NCBI GenBank assembly: GCA_046726415.1
Contig: JBKPAK010000249.1
Coordinates: forward strand, 1-19,129
DNA length: 19,129 bases
From: Candidatus Methylomirabilota bacterium
Lineage (GTDB): Bacteria > Methylomirabilota > Methylomirabilia > Rokubacteriales > CSP1-6
Direction of reading: 5' to 3'
The notes beneath the pieces were generated by a model. It saw only the letters and a program-made list of their open reading frames with translations, did not search any database and was not told where the DNA came from. Of the stretch, positions 1 through 7,296 are shown one piece after another. A program made the translations under genes and the position numbers. How positions within the stretch are numbered: position 1 is the stretch's first letter; every line of letters starts with the position of its first letter.

Positions 1-4
1 TAGG

Positions 5-343
5 ATGGACGACATCCCTCGCATCGACGTCTGCGACGCTCACCGCCGCGTGCAGTCAGGCTACGCCCTCCTCGTGTGCGCGTACGACAATGAGGGCGAA
101 TACCGGCGGCTTCGTCCGGAAGGCGGGACCGCGCTGGTCACCTTGCAGCGGCGGGCGCCCTCGCTCTCGAGGGAGCGGGAAATCATCTTCTACTGCGCCT
201 GCCCTGCCGAAACGACATCCGCCCGGGAGGCCCGCCGGTTTCGGTCGTACGGCTTCACCGACACGAAAGCGCTGCGCGGCGGCGTGGGAGCGTGGAAGAA
301 AGCGGGCTATCTGATGGTGGGGGCGTATTGCCTCACGCGATAG
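5..343 (+). CDS. Rhodanese-like domain protein (112 aa)
   Basis: Rhodanese motifs IIFYCACPAETTSA (active-site loop region) and C-terminal ALRGGVGAWKKAG. Start lies at the window edge. Confidence 0.8.
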   Translation: MDDIPRIDVCDAHRRVQSGYALLVCAYDNEGEYRRLRPEGGTALVTLQRRAPSLSREREIIFYCACPAETTSAREARRFRSYGFTDTKALRGGVGAWKKAGYLMVGAYCLTR

Positions 344-384
344 CGTCCGCTCCTCTCGCGGGCCCGAGGACACCGACGCGCTGA

Positions 385-400
385 CGGCATAGCCGTTGCT
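385..400 (+). promoter_or_regulatory. Putative sigma54 promoter (-24/-12)
   Basis: CGGCATAGCCGTTGCT: GG(386-387)-N10-GC(398-399) with TTGC, in the gap upstream of the lipid kinase ATG at 415. Confidence 0.5.
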
Positions 401-414
401 TCGTCAGGAACACC

Positions 415-1342
415 ATGGCGATGCGGTCCGTCGAGATCGTCGTCACGCCTGGATCCGGAAACGGGCACGCACTGGCCACCGCCTATGGGTTGCTGCCGGT
501 GCTCGCCGACCGCGGCTACCGCGGCCATGTGCGCAGTTTCCAGGGCCCCCGTGATGTCCGCCAGTGGGGGCGACACTGCGGGCCCACGTTCTCTCACCTC
601 ATCGGCGTGGGGGGCGACGCCACCCTGAGCGCGGCGGCGGAAGTGGCCATTCGCGTGGGCGTGCCGTTGGTCCCGGTGCCCAGGGGGTTCGGCAACGTGT
701 TCGCCCGTACCTTCGGTCACGACGATCGGGCCGAGGCGATCGTCGAGCTGATCGAGAGCGGAGCGGTGTGCCGGGTGGACGTGGGGTGCGCGGGCCAGGA
801 GATCTTTCTGTGTCATCGGAGCTATGGGTTCCTCGACGATGTTCAGTCCGCCGTCGAGCGGAACCGCGCGCAGCCGCGGTCGCGGCTGCGCCGCCACCTC
901 GCCTACTACGCGATGGCCTGCGAGATCCTCGGCAAGATCCCGTTGTCCACGATCCGGGTCGACGTGGACGGGGAGCGAGTGGCCGAGAAACTGCGCGCTG
1001 GTCACCGTGGCCAATGTGGAGACCTACCGCGGCTTCCTCACCTTGACGCCGGCGGCATCGCCGCTCGATGGTCTCCTCGACATCTGCATCATCCCCCAGA
1101 CCACCAAGCGACGGCTCTTCGCGCGGCTCTTCGCCTTGCTCCTGAAGCTCCCTGGGCGCTGGAACGGCGTCCAGCTCCGGCGCGGTCGCGACGTGTCTGT
1201 CACCGTCGATGGCCGCGCGCGCGACGAGCTACGGGTCGCCCCGGGTGCCCTGCCACTGGTCGTGCCCGCCGCGCGCATTTCGGTGCGGCGCCCTCCGCGC
1301 GCCCTCGTCGCCGGTGGTCGCCCGTTCACGCGCGCGGCCTGA
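415..1342 (+). pseudogene. Diacylglycerol/lipid kinase family protein (YegS/DgkB-like), split by a 1-nt frameshift near 988-990
   Basis: N-half (frame of 415) has TPGSG, GVGGDATL, PRGFGNVFA, RVDVG. C-half (frame of ORF 824-1342) has VANVETYRG and ASPLDGLLDICI. Removing one A from GAGAAACTGC gives a continuous 308-aa protein. Could be a true pseudogene or a sequencing error. Confidence 0.75.
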
Positions 1343-1360
1343 CCGCCGGATGGCACGGCC

Positions 1361-2338
1361 CTACGGCATGGCCTTGTGGGCGTCGGCGACCCACCCCCGC
1401 GAGCGCATCGCGATGAGGACGATCAGTCCCACGCCGATCCACACGGCCTGACGGGCGCGACGCACGAGGCTGAAGGCCAGCCCCGCCCCGGCTCCGACTC
1501 CCAGGGCGGCGAAGGCACCGGCATTGGCTCCCTCCAGCGCGCCGATGCTGGCCGGCACGAGGAAGGTCGCGAAACGGACAGCGGCCCCGAACGCCTCGAC
1601 CACCACCGCGATGGCCAGCGAGAGGGGCACCTGCAAGGCCTGAAGGATGAGGAAAGCCTCCAGGCCTCCAAGCACCCAGCCCGCGAAATGACAGGCGGTT
1701 GAGACCAGCACTCGCGGCCACTGATACCGGTAGAAGTGCCTGAGCGAGTCGTCCAGGCGCTGGGCGTAGGATGCACCGCCGCCGACGCCGAGCGCGCTCA
1801 CCACCCGCCCGGCCTGGGCGATCACGCCCGTCAGCTGCACCAGCACGAAGCCGCCGACGGCCACGCTCTCCCCGAGCAGCAGCCAAAGCATGCTGCGCCA
1901 GAGCTGCGAGTCGAGATCGATCGCCATGCGAGCGATCACGAGGCCGAGCAGCAGGAAGAGTCCCTGGGCGATCGTGCTCGTGGTCTTGGCGATCACCAGC
2001 GAAGGGACGCTCTCCTCGTACGACACGTGATGCCGGACCAGCCAGGCCTTCACCGCTTCGCCGCCCACCGATGCCACGGCGGTCACGAGGTTCAGGGCAT
2101 CCCCCGCAACGCGGGCGCCGAGTAAGGTCAGAAACGGAGCGCGATCCCGTGCGAACGCGAAACGCCAACCCAGGGTGTCGACGGCCATGATGATGCCGTG
2201 GGGCAGGCAGAGCAGGGCGAACTGCCACCAGGCGAGTCGAGACAGCGCCTCCCCGATGGATTGCGTGCCGATCTGAAGGACGAGGTACACGAGGAACGCG
2301 ACTCCCGCGACGAACAGGGCCGTGCGGACTATGCGCAT
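1361..2338 (-). CDS. Lysylphosphatidylglycerol-synthase TM/UPF0104 flippase-like membrane protein (~325 aa)
   Basis: Multi-TM protein with motifs LGWRFAF, GDALNLVT..SVGGEAVK and VPASIGALEG. Start placed at MRIVRTALF (ATG 2338) because the upstream extension is non-hydrophobic and overlaps a promoter match. Confidence 0.8.
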   Translation of the reverse strand: MRIVRTALFVAGVAFLVYLVLQIGTQSIGEALSRLAWWQFALLCLPHGIIMAVDTLGWRFAFARDRAPFLTLLGARVAGDALNLVTAVASVGGEAVKAWLVRHHVSYEESVPSLVIAKTTSTIAQGLFLLLGLVIARMAIDLDSQLWRSMLWLLLGESVAVGGFVLVQLTGVIAQAGRVVSALGVGGGASYAQRLDDSLRHFYRYQWPRVLVSTACHFAGWVLGGLEAFLILQALQVPLSLAIAVVVEAFGAAVRFATFLVPASIGALEGANAGAFAALGVGAGAGLAFSLVRRARQAVWIGVGLIVLIAMRSRGWVADAHKAMP

Positions 2339-2350
2339 GGCTCTCGGGCC

Positions 2351-2366
2351 ACCAAGTTCCGTGCCA
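2351..2366 (-). promoter_or_regulatory. Putative sigma54 promoter (variant -12)
   Basis: Minus strand TTGGCACGGAACTTGGT: consensus -24 TTGGCACG, N10 spacing, -12 TTGG instead of TTGC. Lies 14 nt before ATG 2338. Confidence 0.5.
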
Positions 2367-2418
2367 AGCCTTGCCGGAGGCGGGGACGCCGCGTTTGTGG
2401 TACCAATAGTAAATTGTC

Positions 2419-3111
2419 GTGACGCCGCATCTTCACCGTCGCTACCCATCCGTTCTGCGCGGCGCGCCGTCGTTTGCGCGCGAGCGCGGGCTGCTCTGGG
2501 GGGCTGCGCTGGCCCTGACCGGCTATCTCCTGATGGTCTGGTGGGCCGACGCGCATACTCGGGCCCTGGATGAAGCGGTCCGCAACGCGGTGAATTTAAC
2601 CCGACATCCTCTGCTGCACCAGTTGATGGCGGATGTGTCGCGCCTCGGCGCAGCCGAGGGCCTCATCGCACTGATCGCCGTGGGCTCGGCGAGCCTGTGG
2701 CGACACGACCGCTGCTGGGCCCTGGTTCTGCCCGCGCTCATGGCGGGCACAGGGGCGCTTCAGTTCCTCGCCAAGTGGTCTGTCGACCGCCCGCGCCCGA
2801 ATCTCGAGCCCTGGGGATTCCCGAGCGGCCACGTGCTCAGCCTGGTCGTGTTCTTTGGACTTCTGACCTACCTGGGGGAGCGGTCGGGAGGAAGCCGGCC
2901 CCGCCGGTGCCTGACCGCGGTCATGTGCGCGATGCCGGTGGTGGTCGTGGCGTACAGTCGGCTGTACCTCGACAAGCACTGGCTCAGCGATCTGGCTGGT
3001 GGTTTCACGGTTGGCCTGGCGTATCTGCTCCTCGTCATCCTCGTCGTCGAAACGACCCGCGCTCGGCGTTCGGCGCGGAAGCGACCGATGCCCGCGCATG
3101 ATGTGGTTTGA
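2419..3111 (+). CDS. PAP2-family phosphatase (membrane lipid-phosphate phosphatase)
   Basis: All three PAP2 motifs present: KWSVDRPRP, FPSGH, SRLYLDKHWLSD, plus TM segments. Start codon uncertain. Confidence 0.88.
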   Translation: MTPHLHRRYPSVLRGAPSFARERGLLWGAALALTGYLLMVWWADAHTRALDEAVRNAVNLTRHPLLHQLMADVSRLGAAEGLIALIAVGSASLWRHDRCWALVLPALMAGTGALQFLAKWSVDRPRPNLEPWGFPSGHVLSLVVFFGLLTYLGERSGGSRPRRCLTAVMCAMPVVVVAYSRLYLDKHWLSDLAGGFTVGLAYLLLVILVVETTRARRSARKRPMPAHDVV

Positions 3112-3181
3112 AGAAGGTCCTTCCGCTCGATGAGCCCGCCGTCTTTGCCCGTGGCCGCTCCTTGAATGACAGCGCATTGCG

Positions 3182-3895
3182 ATGGCGACAAAGGTTCGGC
3201 GTCCCGACCTGCCCGATCTGAGCCGCTACGGCCGCCTGGCCGAGTACCAGCGCAAACGCCGCTTCGACGTGACGCCCGAACCGGCCGGCAAGCCAGTGGG
3301 CAAAAGGCCCGCTCGAACCTCCCGTGCCGCCCTTCAGTTCGTCGTGCAGAAGCACCGCGCCAGCCACCTTCACTACGACTTTCGGCTGGAGCACGAGGGG
3401 GTGATGCTGTCGTGGTCGGTGCCGAAAGGGCCGTCGCTCGATCCCACCGTCAAGCGCCTCGCCATGCAGACTGAACCTCATCCGATGGACTACAACGAGT
3501 TCGAGGGCGTGATCCCGGAGGGCGAGTACGGCGGAGGCACGGTGATGATCTGGGATCGCGGCACCTGGACGCCCGAGACGGACGACGTCAACCGGGCCCT
3601 CGTCAAAGGCGATCTGAAGTTCACCTTGCGCGGTCGCAAGCTTACTGGCTCGTGGGTCCTCGTGCGGATTCGCGGCGAGCGCCAGTGGCTGCTCATCAAG
3701 CACCGTGACGCCGCCGTCTCCAGCGAAGACCTCACAATCACCCGCCCACTTTCGGTCGTGTCGCGCCGAACGATGGCGGGTATCGCTCGCGCCGCCGGCG
3801 CGAGCCCTCGCCAGCTCGCCCTCGCCGCCGCCGCCGATCCGCCCCGTGCCGCGGCGGCCACGGCAACGCGCGTTCCTCGGAGTTTGGGATCCTGA
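3182..3895 (+). CDS. ligD: Stand-alone LigD 3'-phosphoesterase (PE) domain protein
   Basis: YQRKRRFDVTPEP, FVVQKHRASHLHYDFRLE, SWSVPKGPS, KRLAMQTEPHP, GEYGGGTVMIWDRGTW and WLLIK match the LigD N-terminal PE domain. No ligase or polymerase domain fused. Confidence 0.92.
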   Translation: MATKVRRPDLPDLSRYGRLAEYQRKRRFDVTPEPAGKPVGKRPARTSRAALQFVVQKHRASHLHYDFRLEHEGVMLSWSVPKGPSLDPTVKRLAMQTEPHPMDYNEFEGVIPEGEYGGGTVMIWDRGTWTPETDDVNRALVKGDLKFTLRGRKLTGSWVLVRIRGERQWLLIKHRDAAVSSEDLTITRPLSVVSRRTMAGIARAAGASPRQLALAAAADPPRAAAATATRVPRSLGS

Positions 3896-5484
3896 CGCCG
3901 ACCGCCGTTCCGGTCGCCGTCGCGCGCGCCCTGCGTGAGATCGGCCTCCTGCTCGAGGCCCAAGGCGCCAATCGCTACCGGGCGCGCGCGTACGAGCGCG
4001 CGGCGCGGGCGATCGAGGCGTTGGGTGACAGCCTGGACGCGCTGATCGCCGAGGGTCGGCTGACCCGCGTGCCCGGTATCGGGTCCACCCTGGCCGCCAC
4101 CATCGAGGAGCTGGCGCGCACAGGTCGGAGCACGTCGCTCGAGCGCCTTCGCCAGCGCCTGCCGCCCAGTGCCCTTGGGGCGAAGACCGAACGAAAGATC
4201 CAGTCCGAGATCGAGCGCCGGGCCGGCCCCCGGCGCGAGGCTCTCCTGCACGAGGCCACGGCCGAGGCGGACGAGATCCTCCACGACGTTCGCGCGCACC
4301 CGGCGGTCGAGCGGGCCGATGTGGCGGGAGCGCTCCGGCGCCAGACCGAGACGGTCAGCCGTATCGACCTGGTCGCGGCCGGGAGCGATCCACAGGCCAT
4401 CCTCGACCATCTCGCACGCCTTTCCCTGGCTGCGTCGGTGTTGGAGCGCGCGGAGGATCGCGTCGCCCTTCGCCTGACCGGCGGCTTGCCGCTGCATGCC
4501 ATCGTCGTGCCGCCGGTGTCCTACGTGGCCGCGCTCCATCGCCTCACGGGTTCGGAGGCACACCTCGCCAAGCTAGGAGCGCTCGGGCGGGAGCGCGGCA
4601 TCACCATGGACACGTCGGGCTGGCGCCGACGCGGTCGCCTGCTGGCCGTCCGCAGCGAAGCGGATATCTACCGGCATCTCGGGCTGCCGCACATCCCTCC
4701 CGAAATGCGGGAAGACGAGGGCGAGATCGAGGCCGCCGTCGCGGGCGCGCTGCCGCGCGATCCCGTCGAGCTGCACGACATTCGAGGCGCGGTGCACTGC
4801 CACACGACGTACTCGGATGGCGCTCACTCGATCGAGGAGATGGCGCGGGGCGCCGACGCCCTCGGCATGCAGTATCTGACCATTACCGATCACTCACCGA
4901 CCGCGTCGTACGCCGGGGGCCTCACGGTGGACCGCCTACGCCGCCAGTGGGAGGAGATCGCGCGAGTCCAGGAGAAGGTCCAGGTGCGCCTGCTCCGCGG
5001 AACCGAATCCGACATCCTGGCGGACGGCTCCCTCGACTACCCGGACGACGTACTCGAGCAGCTCGACATCGTGATCGCCAGCGTCCATCACCGGCATCGC
5101 CTGGACGCCATCCAGATGACCCGCCGGATCGTGACGGCGATGCGCCACCCGCGCTTCAAGGTCTGGGGCCACGCGCTCGGCCGCTACGTGCTGCAACGAC
5201 CTCCCTTCGCCTGCCACATGGAGGAAGTCCTGGATGCGATCGGCCAGGCCAAAGCCGCGGTCGAGGTCAACGGCGACCCCCACCGGCTCGACATGGAGCC
5301 GCGCTGGATCCGCGAGGCGCGCAAGCGCGGCATCCGATTCGTCATCTCCACCGACGCTCACTCGGTGGCCGCCCTGGGCAATCTGCGCTGGGGCGTGGCC
5401 ATGGCGCGCCGGGGCTGGCTCTCGCGGGTGGACGTCCTGAACACCCTGGGCGTGGACGAGTTCCGGGCGGCGGTGCGGCCATGA
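3892..5484 (+). CDS. polX: PolX-PHP (X-family polymerase/3'-5' exonuclease), non-canonical, probably polymerase-inactive (~530 aa)
   Basis: N-terminal motif LREIGLLLEAQGANRYRARAYERAA (3931-4005) is in frame upstream of the TTG at 4021. HhH VPGIG, GALRRQTETV, TGS and intact PHP motifs HCHTTYSDG, TDHS, GTESDI, SVH, GH, EVNG, STDAH. Start inferred as CTG 3892. Confidence 0.9.
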   Translation: MTPTAVPVAVARALREIGLLLEAQGANRYRARAYERAARAIEALGDSLDALIAEGRLTRVPGIGSTLAATIEELARTGRSTSLERLRQRLPPSALGAKTERKIQSEIERRAGPRREALLHEATAEADEILHDVRAHPAVERADVAGALRRQTETVSRIDLVAAGSDPQAILDHLARLSLAASVLERAEDRVALRLTGGLPLHAIVVPPVSYVAALHRLTGSEAHLAKLGALGRERGITMDTSGWRRRGRLLAVRSEADIYRHLGLPHIPPEMREDEGEIEAAVAGALPRDPVELHDIRGAVHCHTTYSDGAHSIEEMARGADALGMQYLTITDHSPTASYAGGLTVDRLRRQWEEIARVQEKVQVRLLRGTESDILADGSLDYPDDVLEQLDIVIASVHHRHRLDAIQMTRRIVTAMRHPRFKVWGHALGRYVLQRPPFACHMEEVLDAIGQAKAAVEVNGDPHRLDMEPRWIREARKRGIRFVISTDAHSVAALGNLRWGVAMARRGWLSRVDVLNTLGVDEFRAAVRP

Positions 5485-6155
5485 CGCGTCTTTTCATTCT
5501 CTCGCCCGCCTCCTGCCGGGGCGAGCGCGCGCGTCTGCTGTTCAACGAGCGCGCCGCGTTCGACGCCGCTCGTCGGCTTCGCTCGCCAGCGGGTATCTCT
5601 CTCGGGGAGGTCTTTGCGTTCATGAGCGGCCTCTACTTCCGAGGCAAGCTGTCGTATGCGCGCGCCTTCGCCCGGCCTCCCGCTGGCGGGCCGGGTGTCG
5701 TGGTCATCACGCCGTGCGACGGGTTCAGGACGCCTGAGGAGCCCGTGGATATCGCGCGACTGAAGCGCTACGCGGTGGTGCCCATCGAGCGGAGCGAGGC
5801 GCGCTACCGGCGGCCGCTCCTACGCGATGCCCGTGCCCTCGCCAGCCTGCTCGATGCCGGTTCCGAGATCGTCCTGCTGGGCAGCGTGGCCAGCGGGAAG
5901 TACGTCGATCTGCTGGGCGAGGTCTTCGGACCTCGCCTCCGCTTTCCCGTCGAGTTCGTGGGGCGGGGCGACATGAGCCGTGGCGGGCTCCTGCTGCGCT
6001 GCGTAGCTGAGGGGCGGGAGCTGGAGTACATCCCCCTCGTGGGTGCCGTCCGCCGCGGGCCTCGCCCACCTCGGCTCGTGCCACGTCCGGGTATCTACCG
6101 GCAGGCGATGGAGGCCGACGGCGCCCCCGTGCGCCTCCCGGCGGGGGACGTGTGA
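5481..6155 (+). CDS. Hypothetical protein (224 aa), possibly distant YaaA/DUF328-like
   Basis: ATGA overlap with the polX stop and GTGA overlap with the next gene. Globular-looking sequence with ILSPA, SGLYFRGK, VLLGSVASGKY and GRGDMSRGGLLLRC. Confidence 0.75.
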   Translation: MTRLFILSPASCRGERARLLFNERAAFDAARRLRSPAGISLGEVFAFMSGLYFRGKLSYARAFARPPAGGPGVVVITPCDGFRTPEEPVDIARLKRYAVVPIERSEARYRRPLLRDARALASLLDAGSEIVLLGSVASGKYVDLLGEVFGPRLRFPVEFVGRGDMSRGGLLLRCVAEGRELEYIPLVGAVRRGPRPPRLVPRPGIYRQAMEADGAPVRLPAGDV

Positions 6156-7183
6156 GCGGAGGAGAGCGCCGGCGAGCCGGGACCGCGGCGACCCGCGAGT
6201 ATCATCCCGCGCAGCGCACGGTGTCGCGCATTCCCCCGGGGATACGTGGAGCCGGCGTGGACATTCCGCGCGACGCGGACACTGCGGATGTGCAGGTGGG
6301 GACGCGCGCCGTGCATCTCACCAATCTCGGCAAACCGTTCTGGCCGGCCCTCGGCCTAGCCAAGCGCGATCTGCTCCAGTACTACGCGGACGTCTCGGGG
6401 GTACTGCTGCCGCATCTGCGCGACCGGGCCATGGTCATGAAGCGCTACCCCAACGGGGCCAGCGGTGAGTTCTTCTTCATGAAGCGCGCCCCCTCGCCGC
6501 GGCCGGAATGGATCGAGCTCTGCTCGATCGAGCATCAGTCGACCAACATCATCGACTTCCCCATGATCCAGGACCTCGCCTCGCTGCTCTGGGTGGTGAA
6601 TCTCGGCTGTATCGACCTGAACCAGTGGTACGCGCGCTGCGACGACGTGGACCGGCCCGACTACGTCCACTTCGACCTCGATCCGGTGAAGGGAAAGCCG
6701 GAGCCGTCGTTCGCGCGCGTCCGGGAAGCGGCGCTGCTCGTGCGGGACGGGCTCGAGGCGCTGGGCATGCCCGCCTACGCCAAGACCACCGGCTCGCGCG
6801 GCATCCATGTGTACGTTCCCATCGTGCGCGGCCCCAACCAGAAGGACGTCTGGGAGTTCGCCAAGCGCTTCTCCATCCGCCTGGCCGGTCTCCATCCCAC
6901 CCTCCTCACCGCCGAGTATCGGGTCACCCGGCGCCCGGCCGGGCACATCCTGGTGGACTACAACCAGAATGCCTGGGGGCGCACCCTGGCGTCCGTCTAC
7001 TCCGTGCGCCCCCATCCGCACGCGGCCGTGTCGACGCCCGTCACCTGGAAGGAGCTCGAGAGCGACATCGCCATCGAAGACTTCCATCTTCGCAATGTGC
7101 CAGCGCGGGTTCGCCGCGTGGCGGATCTGTGGAAGCCACTCCTCCAGAGCAAGGGACGGGTCCGCTTGGAGCGCTTCCTGTGA
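6152..7183 (+). CDS. ligD: Stand-alone LigD polymerase / Prim-Pol (AEP family)
   Basis: LTNLGKPFWP, KRDLLQYY, KRYPNG, FFMKRAP, HFDLDP (DxD), KTTGSRGIH, VDYNQN, YSVRP, VSTPVTW. Confidence 0.92.
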   Translation: MSGGERRRAGTAATREYHPAQRTVSRIPPGIRGAGVDIPRDADTADVQVGTRAVHLTNLGKPFWPALGLAKRDLLQYYADVSGVLLPHLRDRAMVMKRYPNGASGEFFFMKRAPSPRPEWIELCSIEHQSTNIIDFPMIQDLASLLWVVNLGCIDLNQWYARCDDVDRPDYVHFDLDPVKGKPEPSFARVREAALLVRDGLEALGMPAYAKTTGSRGIHVYVPIVRGPNQKDVWEFAKRFSIRLAGLHPTLLTAEYRVTRRPAGHILVDYNQNAWGRTLASVYSVRPHPHAAVSTPVTWKELESDIAIEDFHLRNVPARVRRVADLWKPLLQSKGRVRLERFL

Positions 7184-7296
7184 GCCTGCCCATCGTGGCG
7201 CCGAGGCGCTGCGCGCCCAAGGGCCCTGAGGTTGAGCCCGCGCCCGCCAGCGCACTGGCCTGCTGGCACCGCGGATGCTGGACTCAGCGCGCATGA
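7180..7296 (+). other. 38-codon micro-ORF, possible remnant start of an ATP-dependent ligase gene
   Basis: GGAG (7168-7171) then GTG overlapping the polymerase stop (GTGA). Begins MSLPIVAP and ends with a TGA overlapping ATG 7293. Confidence 0.3.
7264..7279 (+). promoter_or_regulatory. Putative sigma54 promoter of tkt
   Basis: TGGCACCGCGGATGCT: GG(7265-7266)-N10-GC(7277-7278), 15 nt before ATG 7293. Confidence 0.55.

Noticed and set aside
991-1416. C-terminal part of ORF 415-1416 as a real protein tail
   Set aside because: Kinase similarity moves to another frame after 990, and this tail overlaps the convergent gene.
2394-2418. IHF or transcription-factor site in an AT-rich patch (GGTACC; CAATAGTAAATTG)
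   Set aside because: Does not match the IHF consensus, and the palindromes are too short to support a call.
3151-3166. Sigma54 promoter for the repair operon (TGGCCGCTCCTTGAA)
   Set aside because: Spacing is 9 rather than the strict 10 nt.
4947-5480. N-terminal extension of the 402-aa ORF
   Set aside because: Overlaps the polX PHP domain in another frame and is Arg/Pro-rich noise; the coupled ATG is at 5481.
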